Source: Macrostomum lignano
Taxonomy: Eukaryota
DNA: 64,000 bases
NCBI GenBank assembly: GCA_002269645.1
Contig: NIVC01000907.1
Span: 62,001-126,000 of the forward strand
Direction: 5' to 3'
The position numbers and the translations under genes were made by a program. Below are positions 48,246-62,100 of this stretch, one piece after another. The number at the start of each line of letters is the position of its first letter. The stretch's first letter is position 1. The notes under the pieces were generated by a model that saw only the letters and a program-made list of their open reading frames with translations, did not search any database and was not told the origin of the DNA.

Positions 48246-49736
48246 TAAATATTTATTTTAGAATTTCGCTGGTAAGAAAATCTCTTCAAGTAGCCTGAAG
48301 GCTCCCCTCATGCGACTTGACTGGAATTTGGGGCTGTGAAAACAACCCCACCCAAGTGATGAAGAATCATTTGCATTTATAGATAAATGAGTGAGTAGTT
48401 GGCCTGGAGCAGCACTTGTTTTCTCACTAGACAGCTCCACACAGTAAGCTCTGCAGAATGGAAAGCAGACAAGTGCGCAGTCAGCGATATCAAGTACCGA
48501 GTTTGCAGTTCATATTATGCTGAGCTGTGCAAAAGCAATAACAAGTTCTGTACGTTAAGCCAACCCGATCTGCTTGCAGTTGTTGCTTATTCTAAAAATA
48601 ATGCATTCTAAGCTTTCGTCATGGTCTCGCAACTGCTTGTGGGTTGTGGATTTCAAGAAATTTGTCCTCAGTGAATTGGGGACCGTGTAGTAGTGTCACT
48701 GCAAGCTTGACTTGCCAACTCATTGCGGAAGCGCTGGCTGAAGAAGTTTCTGGTCTCCATTCTAGTAATGATTTCATGATTATTTCCAGAAATGCCATCT
48801 GGGGTTGTCAGAAAGGTTTTGTCTTTTGTGAATATGAAAAAGTGACTTGCGTGTCGAACGGTTTTCTTAGAAACAAGATTTTCTTAGAACTTGGATGGGG
48901 TGTTCGGTCAGGTTTCCCCGAGTTGCTTGCCTGGTTGCTCGAATGGATCGGATGTGGTCGCTGAGATCTCAAAGCCGAAGCCCTGAGCGATAATTCTTAT
49001 CTACTCGTAACAAAAGCCGAAGTGCTAGAAAAAGGCTGTCGGACAGGCAGAACAGCGAGAATTCGAAATTTATCAAGCGGTGCCGGTGATTAATCGATTT
49101 TCCATCAGAATCGGAGGCACTAGCAACCTAAGAGAGAGAGAGAGGTAGTTCTGGTCTCTTCTCTGCTTGGCTAGAATAGGAATGAGATACTATACTGGAA
49201 TGCTTAATTAGTGATGGCACTGATGGGCTGGGAAGAAGTGAAGGGATTTGAATACTGGTATCGACGCGACTCATTCCAACCAGCCAGAATCATCATCATT
49301 TGTCCTGATGCAGGCTCTCTAGTCCACAAATTAGACTCAAACCGAAGGCTCATAATGACGCACATATGGGTGGGTCTCTTAATAGAAAAGGCTGTGAATG
49401 TTTGTTGCCTGCCTTTGTGTAGCGAGTTGCTAGGAGCGGTCGTCTTTCCTACTGAGTGAAATGTACACCAAAGCGAGAGCTAGTTTTGCTTAGATGGCTG
49501 AGGGCCGGGCTTAGAAGGCTGAAGTTTTCTATGCCCCAGTTTATGCCCGTCTGCCAGTTCTGAGCGAGGAAATCCTACCCTCCGATATGTAATAAAGTGT
49601 ACGCAGTGAATGTACATTGGACCCCGGCCGCAAGGAGAGGGGTGGGGCGTGCGGGCTAGAAAATCGAAGACTCCATACCCCCTTGGCCCACTCAAGCCTA
49701 ACAGCAGCAGTCTGTGGTGGGAAAAACATAGAAGGC

Positions 49737-49855
49737 TGACGTTAGCAGAGCGGAGCAGCTGGGCTAAAAATAGAACAGCCAATAGAGACCCTGAAAGTCT
49801 GCCCCACAGCCCCCCCCCAGTAGAAAGCCTTAGCGTGTGAGGGAGAGGGTATAAA
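49737..49855 (+). promoter_or_regulatory. Candidate core promoter of the SERTA/IER-like gene: CRE-like TGACGTTA (49737), CCAAT (49779), TATAAA (49850)
   Basis: Canonical order and spacing about 220 nt upstream of the ATG; motif matches only. Confidence 0.4.
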
Positions 49856-50075
49856 GCTAGATAAGGCTTAACGACTTCGGACTTTCTCTCAAGCCCAACC
49901 CCACACATTAAGCCAGCGCGTTCAGCGGGCGAAGCGAAACCCAGGGCTTAACGCCCGGTCATTTGTAAAAAAACAAAAAAAACAGCAAAAAGACGGCTTC
50001 AACTTTCATTCAAGCTTCAATTCCTGTACAAATTCATCGGCATCGCATGTGTAAATTTCTCAGTCGTCAGCAGCA

Positions 50076-50906
50076 ATGTACAGCAGCAGCATACAGCAGC
50101 AACATTCGCATTTTATTGACGACCCGGCAGCGGACACTGAAGAGGAGCGTCCGGCCTACGGCAAAATTCTTCAGTGGTCTATCGAAAAGCTTTCAACGAC
50201 AACTTCAACTGGGCAGCGGCGGCGCAAGCAGCAGGGCGACCTACGCCGAACCCTGCTTATTGCCAGCGCGATGGGCAAAGCGAGGGCTGGCATTCTGCAC
50301 GAACGAGCCCTGGAGTTCCTCGAGGCCCGACCGCAGATGCAGCCACCCACCGGATACTGCGGCGGTGCACCAACCCGACTGCCCCAACAGCCGCAGTCGC
50401 AAGTTGCAGAAGAGCCCGAGCTGCCTCTAGCAGAGCCGCAGTCTGCTTTCGGCTACTGCCCGGTTGACGTCGTTAGTGAAGTCGAGGAGGAAGTCAAAAG
50501 CGTCAACGACAACAACGAGGACGATGCGCTGAGTGCCAGCGCAGACGCCATCGTGCTGTCCTCCGTGGAGCTGTCCATCCAGGACCTCGATGAGCCGCCG
50601 GAGCCGCAGCCGCAGCAGCCGCCGACGCCGTCCCGCAAGCGGAAGCAGCCGGCCCGCCCGCGCCCCAAGCGCACCCGCCAGAGCCTGTCATCTGAGGAGG
50701 ACGAGGGCGACGCCCCGGAGGACTCTGCGACTCCCCCGACTGCGGAGCTGCGCAGCCTGCAAGCTTCGTTCGTTGACCTGACCATGTCGGCCTGGAGCTG
50801 CCGCCAACAGGTGGTCTCAGCCTCCACCGCTGCCTCATCGGCTTCTGCTTTCGGCTTTGGTTTTGGCTTTGCCAACACTTGGCCCGAGTGCTTTTCATTC
50901 GCCTAG
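50076..50906 (+). CDS. Intronless 276-aa SERTA/IER-like putative nuclear regulator
   Basis: KILQWSIEKL...DLRRTLLIASAMGKAR resembles the SERTA/IER N-terminal motif; acidic/Pro-rich body; NLS-like PSRKRKQPARPRPKR; GC-rich coding-like composition with an AT-rich 3' flank. Confidence 0.7.
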   Translation: MYSSSIQQQHSHFIDDPAADTEEERPAYGKILQWSIEKLSTTTSTGQRRRKQQGDLRRTLLIASAMGKARAGILHERALEFLEARPQMQPPTGYCGGAPTRLPQQPQSQVAEEPELPLAEPQSAFGYCPVDVVSEVEEEVKSVNDNNEDDALSASADAIVLSSVELSIQDLDEPPEPQPQQPPTPSRKRKQPARPRPKRTRQSLSSEEDEGDAPEDSATPPTAELRSLQASFVDLTMSAWSCRQQVVSASTAASSASAFGFGFGFANTWPECFSFA

Positions 50907-52244
50907 CGAATATTGTTGTTATTTTTCAATTCAAATGACTGAATTTTGAACTTTGGAAATTCTTATTTTGTTTAACATCCTGAGGTTTATGCATTAGTAT
51001 TTACCAAACCATTTTTATTTATTAACAATTTATAAAAATTAACTAAATTTCTCTGAACTTTGGGGCCTCGCATCAACTTTGGCATGAAATATTTTAGATT
51101 GAAATGGGACTTAAAACTAAATTAAATTAAAGTTCACTTGCAGTCTGTCTATCAAGTTTGAAGTTTGTTGGTTTTTATTCAGGCAGCCCAATAGCAATAG
51201 CAAATACTAATATTAATTAATTAATAATTAACTAGTTATACTCGGCTACCATTCTTACATCCTCTGTTTATTTTTACAGCAAGCTTATTGGTGTGTAATA
51301 ATTGTTGTTTCCATAGCAACCCAGCAGTTGTCTCATGTTCCCTGCGAGTTTTTCTTTATTAATTTTTCGAATTTCTCCCAATTCTGCCGGTCCCTGCAGA
51401 GCCCCGGCTCGAGTTGCAATCGGAGTGATGGCCCGCACAGCCCCCAGCCTAAGAACTTGTTGTCAGTTGGCACTGTTATCCGTTTCATAGCATATTTCTG
51501 AGTAGTGACCCCATTATTGCACCATTTATTTATTCAAAAAATCAATGGATAAAGTCCAGGCTATGAGCTCCATTTGTTCTGCGTATTGTAAGCTTATATG
51601 ATAATTTAGTTTTTAGTGAATCTTTTAACTTCTCCAATGCCAGCCTCGTGCACGATAAATCAGTGTAAATTAACGATATCAGATCAGCATCTACATTGTC
51701 TGTCTTGTATTTTTACTGTAATAGAAAGCTGCATTGCCCAGTGCTTACTGTAACAGCCAGAAGTTATTTACTGATGTGTATTTAATACGTATCACCAGCA
51801 GTTCCCTGTTCAGTCCCAGCTATTTTCTGTCTGATAAATCCATCTTCTGATACAGCACCTGTACAATGCATGCATGTTGTTGCTGCGCATACTGACGTAT
51901 ATTATTGTGAATATCTGTGCTGCTGCCAAGGCACAAATCCAATTGCAATTCGCTCCGGCTTTCCGGCCATTTCTCACAGACTGGCTCGCCTATTTTTTCG
52001 CTGGCATATTTTTTTTGCTTTTCGCTTGCGAGTAAAAATTGAATCAATGATTAACAAAAAATATAGAAACACAAAACCTCACGCATTGTCCACTGGGCGA
52101 AGTTTGAAACTGACTATTGATAAAATTGCCGTCTGGGGTGTTTAATTTAATTTAGCCACCAACCATGCCTTCTACTGACAGTAGGCATGAAAAAGTGGAA
52201 AATTGAAGCTCCCGACAAATAGACTGTTCAATAAGTGGGTGCCA

Positions 52245-52575
52245 GCACCAGGGGTGGCAGCACTAGGGCCGCAGCACCAGCGGCAGCAGCACCAGGGGCA
52301 GCAGCACTAGGGCCGCAGCACCAGGGGTGGCAGCACCAGGGGTGGCAGCACCAGGGGCCGCAGCACCAGGGGTGGCAGCACCAGGGGCCGCAGCACCAGG
52401 GGTGGCAGCACTAGGGCCGCAGCACCAGGGGCCGCAGCACCAGGGGTGGCAGCACCAGTGGTGGCAGCACCAGGGCCGCAGCACCAGGGGTGGCAGCACC
52501 AGTGGTGGCAGCACTAGGGCCGCAGCACCAGGGGTGGCAGCACCAGGGGCCGCAGCACCAGGGGTGGCAGCAATG
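52245..52575. repeat. 15-bp minisatellite (CAGCACCAGGGGTGG / CAGCACCAGGGGCCG)n
   Basis: Direct. Confidence 0.95.
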
Positions 52576-52820
52576 CTTACCAATATTACGCTCATATTTT
52601 TCATATTGTTGTTGACCTAGTCTTTGAAAAGCTATCATTTTTAAGCTAAGGCCTTGCTTAAAGCTAAGAGTGCCTGCATGCAATATTTTTTTGTACAAAT
52701 ATTGCTCGTACTTTGATTTAGGAACAAAACAAGAAGCTCACTGAGGCTCGTATTTACAACTTTTGCTTATTAGGCTTATGAAATAAAACAAAAAAATATG
52801 AAAATGAAACTCAAAGCACA

Positions 52821-53067
52821 CAGGGACGTCGCCACAGGGGGGAGCCAGGGGGGTCATGTGCCCCCTCCCAGTAGAAGCTATATGGGGGGCATGCCAATGC
52901 TTTGTCTTCCCTCACCGCGGGCGCCAAAATTAGTGGCTGCGACACCAAAGTGAGTGCCTGCGGCGCAAAAATGAGCGCTGAAAACACATTCTCAAAGTAT
53001 TGTACATGTATATGTAAAATTCTTGGCTTGTCCCCCCACCATAAAATCCATGTGCGCGACGCCCCTG
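52821..53067. mobile_element. Short hAT-like MITE (about 247 bp)
   Basis: Termini CAGGGACGTCGC and GCGACGCCCCTG (imperfect TIR); no 8-bp TSD found. Confidence 0.4.
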
Positions 53068-55989
53068 TCCTTGCATGTGCCTTTTTTCTGCGCACACGTC
53101 AAAATTCGCTTGCTGTCAGTCAGAAAACTGTCCCTAAATTTACAACTTCATAATGTAAGCATACTATATATACTATCCAAGACTTACTTTACGAGTATTT
53201 GTGAAAGATATTGCTTGCATGCAAAATGTTTGTGTTTGATTTCTTTGTACGAAACTCCTGTTATTCTACTGGCAGTAGACATACAAATAAAACAATGCCG
53301 TATTTTACTTGAAATTCAGCATTTCGGATTGTTAACTTTATACACATTTACGAGCTACGCGTACAACTGAAGCACCAACCCGACTATAGCATGCAAAGAA
53401 CGGGGAAGGCAGAGCTTGTGAACGTCATGAAATCATAAAACACGTTTATTCGCGATTAATTTCGCTTTCTGTATATTTCAATACTGCATAGCGTGGGTAT
53501 GCAGCTCAGATGCAGCACAACGTTTATGAAGATTTAAATAAGGGAGTGAACTGAAACCATGTAAATTTTTTCCTAAAAGCAATACAACAAACAGACCCTT
53601 GTTTCGGATGGCAGGCAACATCATTGTAACTGCTCGGAGCGAATAAAGAAAGACAATGCAAGTTCGATGAGCAGAGGTCTCAGACGTGGAAGCCAGTGAT
53701 AGGTTGTCAGGCGAGTCACGCTTGCCAGAGCCACTGGAACCCGGAGCAACAAGCCTAGAGGCTGCGGCTGCTGGCAAGCGAATGCCTACAATCGGGACAA
53801 CAAATCACTAGTCTTCCAGGTCGGATTGAGGCCCGGTTCAGTATTGGGGTGATAAAGGGCGCAGTTGCCGGATAAACTACTTACCGAGCTGAACTCTGAG
53901 CGTGTGTGAACTCTAAGCAATGTTAGAGCGCGACTCACCAACCAGTGAACACAGGGCCAGCTCACATGCCTCTCTCTTCTCGCGCCATTATTCCCTTTAG
54001 TTATATAGAGGAGCCTGGGACCCCTGCGCGCACAAACCCTCTCCATACAGTACTTAGAGGAGGAATTGCTTTGAAGGGTCCCCAGCCAATGAGGCTCGTC
54101 CAGGTGTTCTCCAATTCCCCTATTCTCAATGCGAGGACGAAGGCCATGGGGCGATGACGTGGGAGGGAGGGAAAGGGGAACGGGGCATCGCACACGCAAT
54201 AGTGGGTAGGGAGGCCAGGTGTGGCCAAGCCTTTTGGCGCAGGTAAAGGGAGTGAAGGCAGGGGAGTGGGGATGAGAAGGATGACTAGGTCTGCGCGGAC
54301 GCGGGAGAGCAATGTAGGGGGTAGTGCGCGCTCAAAATCCTCTCTGAATGTCAACGTGCAGGCGCCAGCTAGCCCAGCCCACTTAGCGCCGCAGTCATTT
54401 GCTCTGAAGGCTTGCCTTCCCTGAGGCCCCATTGTCAAAGCGGAGATAGGAACTGGAATGTGAGAGCAGATGAAGAATGGCACTGTTAGGGAGGAAGCAC
54501 TGCCAGTCTTCTTGGCCTGATGCTTTGGTAGCCATGCAGTCATTTTGTCTATGGAATCAAAGGCAGTATATTGTCGCTCTAAATTCGTCAGCATCAGTTT
54601 AACTGCAAGCGATTTGTACTAGTTGAATCTCATACCGACTCAAACCCATGGAATATCTTATACATGTACGTCAGCGCGATTTTGTACTTGTAGTTTCGCA
54701 AACCAATTCGCAGGGCTTTCGGCACTGCGTCAACTGAACAAAGCATGAACGATCAACTCTGCATAACAAATTCCAATGCTTATAATATCATTTGTAAAAC
54801 CCATTCACTGCAGCTCGGAGTTGAATTGTTGCTGTTTTTACAATTGCAAGATTACAATAATGAAATTTGTTGGGATTTAAAATTTTCATAAGTTTGCACC
54901 ACTCCGCGACACCTGAGCTGGTAAGTGTACCTGGTGCAGAACAGGGCCGGAAGGAGAGTTACGATCCAGCTTCCCAAGTCTGACAAGCAACAACTGTCAA
55001 AGCAGTATTGCGCTGCCAGGGATGCAGTCCCAACAGAGCACACGGGCCACAGCGCGACTTCAGCGCGCTACGCTGCCCTCGCAAGGCGGTGGGTTCTAGA
55101 CGGAATCGATCGATATTTGCAACCCCTCCCTCTCCCTGCCTCCTGCTCTGCGCGCCATTGAGTTTTGTGAAGAGAAAAAGTGGGCGAGTCCCCGTGTTCC
55201 GGGCATTGAAAGGGAAGCATTTTTAAAGGATGAACTGGAATAGAGAGAGAGGGATGGAGAAAAATAAGGCAGAGTTGAGGCTGAGGTGGGCTGACTAGCA
55301 GGCCTGCATGAGTCGGTCTCATCCCTTCCCTTCAGTCCGCGTGTTTCCCTGTTTCCCGTGAACAAGAGGCTGAGGAGAGGGAAAGGAACAGAGGCCAGAG
55401 CAGGGACAGAACTGTGGCAAGTCAGCACCTGCTCAATTTTCCCTCTAATGTGCAAATGCTATGCGGAGGCAGTCTCACAATCCAGCTGCAGCGCTCCGGC
55501 TGTTGCGGCTGCCTTCAAATCAGTGAAGCAGTTCCACTCTGCCGTGCAGTCGCATCCGCAGCAGCAGCAGCTTGAAGCAGCCGAAACGGAGGCAGAACAA
55601 TGGGGGTAGCTGGGAAGCTGAGGACCTCGCTATAGGCTAATCTGAGCAAAACAGTGAGGAATGAAAAAAGGGAAGAGAGAATGAGAGATAGGGGGGGGGG
55701 GGCACCTGATGCAGCCGCCTAGGCCACGCAGGTAAAACGCACCTCCCTCTAGCGGCACTCGGGCTCAACCTCAAGCTCCAGTCTGTTATTACGTAGTCAC
55801 AAAAAACAAAATGCATGCTTCAAATTAGCTCAGCAAAGAGTAGCAGCAGGTGCTGCGGAACACTCTTGACTTGAATGACAGGGGGGGGGGAGACGGATAA
55901 GAAGAAAATTGAAGCCGCAAAAAAAGCTCGCGACTCACTACTGTAATTCTTACCATTGAAAAGGATCTGCAATTCACAAGCAAGCAGGC

Positions 55990-56400
55990 AAGGGGCGCTA
56001 AAAACCGTGCAAGGGGCGCCAAGAACTATGCAAGGGGCGCCAAGAACCCTGCAAGGGGCGCCAAGAACCATGCAAAGAGCGCCGCGCCAAGAACTGTGCA
56101 AGGGGTGCCAAGAACCGTGCAAGGGGCGCCAAGAACCGTGCAAGGAGCTCCAAGAACCGTGCAAGGAGCTCCAAGAACCGTGCAAGGAGCTCCAAGAACC
56201 GTGCAAGGAGCTCCAAGAACCGTGCAAGGAGCTCCAAGAACCGTGCAAGGAGCTCCAAGAACCGTGCAAGGAGCTCCAAGAACCGTGCAAGGGGCGCCAA
56301 GAACCGTGCAAGGAGCTCCAAGAACCGTGCAAGGGGCGCCAAGAACCGTGCAAGGAGCTCCAAGAACCGTGCAAGGGGCGCCAAGAACTGTGCAAAGGGC
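55990..56400. repeat. 21-bp minisatellite (CAAGAACCGTGCAAGGAGCTC / ...GGGGCGC)n
   Basis: Direct; source of the CKELQEP/VQGAPRT ORFs. Confidence 0.95.
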
Positions 56401-57036
56401 GCAAAACGTCGGTGGATGCCTTCAGGGCAGAGTGCAAAGTGACTCGCTTTTCCTACCAGCTGCATGCATGCAGAATTCCCCATCCAGCACTGAGACGGCC
56501 GCAATGAGAAGGCCGGTGCCGTCAGCCTGTGCCTCTCAGTCTCTCTTGACACTCACTGTCTGTCTGACACGCCGCCTCTCCGTCTGTCTTCGCTAAGCCT
56601 CCCATAGGAGACCCCCGCTCTGTCCCACACGGCCTCACAGAACTGCTACGCGCGCGCAAGGTCGGGAGCTCAGCATCGGCACTGCGCTCCCCCCATTGTT
56701 TCGCGCTGCTGAAACCGATCAATAATAAAATTTGGGGAGGGGGCGGTTTGAGGGGAGGAGAGGGAGATGGGAAATGAGGCTGTGACAGCCGGGAATGCTT
56801 GCAGCAGTGTACTGAGTGGGAGGTTAGGGAGAGCGGCCGGTTAGGGCTTGTTTCAGCCCCCGTTTCGCAAGTTTGCTTTAGCAGGCGCGGGCGCTGCCGA
56901 TTGTTGCAGAAGCAGAAAGTCCGGAGTGACAAGGAAGAGGAGGAGAAGCAGACGGCTTTTGCAAACGGAAGAGAAAACTGCATTGGGATGAAATCGCAAC
57001 GCAAGGCAGTCTGGGACCTCGGCTAAGCTCGGAAAG

Positions 57037-57210
57037 ATGGGGTGGGATGAGATGGGGTGGGATGAGATGGGGTGGGATGAGATGGGGTGGGATGAGATGG
57101 GGTGGGATGAGATGGGGTGGGATGAGATGGGGTGGGATGAGATGGGGTGGGATGAGATGGGGTGGGATGAGATGGGGTGGGATGAGATAGGGTGATATAA
57201 AATGGGGTGG
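57037..57210. repeat. 15-bp minisatellite (GATGGGGTGGGATGA)n
   Basis: Direct. Confidence 0.95.
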
Positions 57211-57214
57211 GATC

Positions 57215-57390
57215 AAATCATCTCAAACTCACAGCATCACAGACTCACAGCATCTCAAACTCAAATCATCTCAAACTCACAGCATCTCAAACTCACAGCA
57301 TCACAGACTCACATCATCACAAACTCACAGCATCACAAACTCACAGCATCACAAACTCACAGCATCACAAACTCACAGCATCACAAACTC
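57215..57390. repeat. 16-bp minisatellite (AAACTCACAGCATCWC)n, array A
   Basis: Direct. Confidence 0.9.
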
Positions 57391-58599
57391 GAGTCAGAAA
57401 CATTTGCCACCGAGCTGAGCAGCTCCGTCCCACGTAAGAATGGAGAACTGCATGGATGCAATCGGATTGAAAGGGATGAGATTAAATCAGACGAGATTAG
57501 ACGGGGTGGAAATATGGTGAGATGGGTGAGATGAGACAGAGTCTGCAAGGCGAGCATTGATGAGCAGCTGTGCTTCCTCAAGCTGCTCTGCGAGCTCGAA
57601 TTTCAGTTTCTGCTGCTCAGCGGGCGGGGAAATGAGGGATATTCTGGCAAAAGAGTCGGACGATGGGGATATTGAAGCAGGCAGGGAGACAGGGAAGAAA
57701 CGGAAGGCGGAAGCCTGCCAAACATCCCGACGTTTTTCCTGTTTGCAATTAAAACACCCAAAATCCCATAAATTCAATTAATTCTACCTGCCCAGGTAAA
57801 TCAGCAAATTAAAAGTGGTTTTGCCCCGAGAGCATCAAATCATCCATGAGACAGGTCTACTGCCTGCAATTCTATGTATTTAAAAACTTCGATTGATCGA
57901 GCCTGAAAAGCAGAAAAAGCAGATTAGTACTTCTAGCGGAAGACAAGATTCAAAAAGCGTTGGGCACTATTGAAAGTAGAAACAAGCAAAATTAGCAAAA
58001 ACTGCACATTTTATAACTGTAGCACCAATCTGTGAGTTCTGGATTTATCGATAGTCACGAGAAAAATTTAACGGTAGAAGTTTTAGCAAACACGAACGCG
58101 TGATGCTACTAAAAGTGGCAGCGGAAGCACAAGCCCGCATGTAACTAGGAAAATTACAAGGCAGCACAGGGTGGAGTGCTGTGCACCATCTGAGCTTCAA
58201 TAAATATATAATTGCCATCCGCATAAGATCACACACTGTAAGTGCATCAGTTGAACCAAGAATATTATTGGTACGGGGATTAGCAGTTCTCATGGGAGAT
58301 TGAACGAAGATTCTCATTGGCGAACAAGCAGACAGACAAACACAAAACGGTCCGATTAAATCAATGGATAAAAAATAACGAAGATTTCTGCACTTCACTT
58401 TTCACAACTTGTTTAAAAATTGAAAATAATTAGTGATAGAGGAAATTACTGGGAAAGCAGACCTGAGTCACTTCCACAACATTGACACCAGCAGAGCTAG
58501 CAGGCACATAAAACTCCACGCAGATGTCCTCAATTTTGCTGAGCACAACTGCAGCGACCCATTCGAGATGGCCGACCCAGCCTTCGATTTTGACTTTTA

Positions 58600-58930
58600 G
58601 CAAACTCAAACCACCTCAAACTCGCAACATCTCAAACTCAAATCATCACAAACTCACAGCATCTCAAACTCACAGCATCTCAAACTCAAATCATCTCAAA
58701 CTCACAGCATCTCAAACTCACAGCATCTCAAACTCAAATCATCTCAAACTCACAGCATCACAAACTCAAACCACCTCAAACTCGCAACATCTCAAATTCA
58801 CAGCATCTCAAACTCACAGCATCTCAAACTCACAGCATCACAAGCTCACAGCATCTCAAACTCACAGCATCTCAAACTCACAGCATCACAAACTCACAGC
58901 ATCTCAAACTCACAGCATCTCAAACTAACA
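58600..58930. repeat. 16-bp minisatellite (AAACTCACAGCATCWC)n, array B
   Basis: Same family as 57215-57390. Confidence 0.9.
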
Positions 58931-59145
58931 GCAACATAAACTTGACATTATAAAAAATTCCTACTTCTGCGCAGACCGCAAGATGTGGACAAATCTAAAA
59001 ACTTGAGCTTGTGATGATTCGAGCTAGCAAAGTTGATGAAGCTTATTGTCTGTAAAAAAAATTATCTTGACCCAAAAAGCCCCCGTTTAGGTTCTCTGCA
59101 GGCTGCAAATCGAAGAAGTGGGGACCCCAATTAACAGTCTGTCAA

Positions 59146-62100
59146 TCACTTGTGCGAGGTGCCCAGAGGCCGGGCCAGCTCGGTGTACTCCACAGTAGCG
59201 GGCCCGCGCTGCTGGCCGCGAGTCCCGCCATGCCAATCCGCCTGCAGCCTCGGCTTGAAGTCTAGCTGCGCGTAGCCCAGCCGCTGCGGGTGGCATCGGG
59301 GGAAGCGTTTGAAACCGCGTAAGTAAACCTATACGACTACTGCCCACACTGTTTGTTAGTAGTATCGCATAACAAGAATGTACAGGGACGGTGGCTACTG
59401 CAGTTATTTTGTAGATAGAAAAGACTAATTAGAGTCAAAAATATCTTCGAAGGCAGATTCTTTGGCAGATTCTGTGACAGATTCAGTGACATGCAGATTC
59501 AGTGACAGGCAGATTCAGCGACATGCAGATTCAGTGACAGGCAGATTCAGTGACAGGCAGATTCAGTGACAGGCAGATTAAGTGACAGGCAGATTAAGTG
59601 ACAGGCAGATTCAGTGACAGGCAGATTCAGTGGCATGCAGATTCAGTGACAGGCAGATTCAGTGACAGGCAGATTCAGTGACAGGCAGATTTAGTGACAT
59701 GCAGATTCAGTGACATGCAGATTCAGTGACATGCAGATTCAGTGACAAGCAGATTCTGTGACATGCAGATTCTGTGACATGCAGATTTAGTGACAGACAC
59801 AGTGACATGCAGATTTAGTGACAGACACAGTGATAGGCAGATTCAGTGGCATGCAGATTCAGTGACAGTCAGATTCAGTGACAGGCAGATTCTGTGACAT
59901 GCAGATTTAGTGACAGACACAGTGACATGCAGATTCAATGACATGCAGATTCAGTGACAGGCACAGTGATAGGCAGATTCAGTGACAGGCACAGTGACAG
60001 GCAGATTCAGTGACAGGCACAGTGACAGGCAGATTCAGTGACAGGCAGATTCAGTGGCATGCAGATTCAGTGGCATGCAGATTCAGTGGCATGCAGACTG
60101 AGTGAGAGGCAGATTCAGTGACAGGCACAGTGATAGGCAGATTCAGTGACAGGCACAGTGACAGGCAGATTCAGTGACAGGCAGATTCAGTGGCATGCAG
60201 ATTCAGTGGCATGCAGATTCAGTGACAGACAGATTCGGTGACAGACACAGTGACAGGCAGATTCAGTGACAGGCAGATTCGGTGACAGACACAGTGACAG
60301 GCAGATTCAGTGACAGGCAGATTCAGTGACAAGCAGATTCAGTGACATGCAGATTCAGTGGCATGCAGACTGAGTGAGAGGCAGATTCAGTGACAGGCAG
60401 ATTCAGTGACATGCAGATTCAGTGACATGCAGATTCAGTGACAGACACAGTGACAGGCAGACACAACCACTGGCAGATTCAGTGACAGATTCAAGAAAGG
60501 GTATTCACGCGAAGGACAGCAAATTTAAATTTTATTTGTTAGTTTCACCATTTCAAAAGCCTATATAAATGCTTGTTTGTTTACAAATAAACAGTCAGTT
60601 TAATGTACATATTGTTAACGCATACAAATTTAATTCTCTGAACTTCTTAGGGCCTAGAAATGACGCAGTTAAAAGTTAAACAAAAGTGAAAACTGGCTAA
60701 AATTAAATTTTATTAGCGATCGGGTTTAGTTGAACTACCAGCTCTACTCACAGTGTCAGTAGTAAATAAGAAATGTCTTTGCCGAAAGAAATTCCTAAAC
60801 CTGAAAACCAAGAGAGAAGTCACACACTGATTGTCCCAGTTTAGTAGGTGCAATTAATGCTGCATTAATTAAGCACAAATTGCTAAAGTGCGATAAGGCG
60901 AAGTCCCGTTGCGTTGATAAGGACCGGCCAGTTAAAATGTGCAGCCAGAAATCAGCTGATAATTTTTTCCTGCGAAGGAGCGAGTGACTGCAGACTGGCA
61001 CTCAGCAGTTTCCCAGCCGTCTGCATGAACGGCCGTCCTAATGGTATGGGAGCTGAGACCAGGATTTTATTATATGGGATCTAGGATATGTGATCTATGG
61101 TATGGGATCTAGGGTATGGGATCAAGGATGTGTGATCTATGGAACGGGATCTAGGATATGGGATCTAGGATATGTGATCTATGGTATGGGATCTAGGGTC
61201 TGGGATCTATGGTATGGGATCTAGGGTCTGGGATCTAGGATATGGTATGGGAGATCGTAGGACTTAGGATTTGGGATTTTAGACATTTCTGATCTAGGAA
61301 CTGTGGAATCTTGGGTCTAAGATTACAGATCTACCAGACCTAGAACCTGGGATTAGAGATCCATGGGATCTAGGATTTGAGATCAGGGAAGGTCGGACTA
61401 ACTGAGTGACAGCCCCAGCCGGTACTCACCCCCAAGTCGCTGCCGAGCGAGCCGCTGTCCTCCGCAGAGTCCGAATCGGCCGAGTCAGAATCCGACTCGG
61501 TGAGGTCGTCCTCGCTGCTGGCGTTGGTGCCGGCGCGAAGTCGGCGAGGCAGTGGCATCGGCGCCAGAAACTCGTCGTTGGCAGCGACGGCGGCGGCAGC
61601 AGCGGGAGCGGCGGGGACCGCGGAACGGCGCTGCGTGAAGATGCGCGACATAGTGGAGCGGCGCACCTCTGACACAGCCGTATCGCGCTGCCCTACGCCG
61701 CTGTCGGTGGCATCCAGCGTCGGCACGGGCGCTGCTGCGGATTTTGGACAAATTTTGAGCAGCATTGCAAATCGACATGATGGTAACAGTGCCGGTTGCA
61801 AATACGGGATCTGGGATCGGGATCTGGGATTGGGATCTGGGATCGGGATCTGGGATTGGGATCTGGGATCGGGATCTGGGATCGGGATCTGGGATCGGGA
61901 TCTGGGATCGGGATCTGGGAATCGGGATCTGGGATCGGGATCTGGGATCGGGATCTGGGATCGGGATCTGGGATCGGGATCTGGGATCGGGATCTGGGAT
62001 CGGGATCTGGGATCGGGATCTGGGATCGGGATCTGGGATCGGGATCTGGGATCGGGATCTGGGATCGGGATCTGGGATCGGGATCTGGGATCGGGATCTG

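Noticed and set aside
53800-54600. Possible solo LTR or promoter-like segment
   Set aside because: No TG...CA termini with TSD, no PBS/PPT and no second copy in the window could be established.
55956-56596. CKELQEP repeat resembling cornifin/SPRR-like proteins
   Set aside because: 21-bp minisatellite open in several frames; no gene context.
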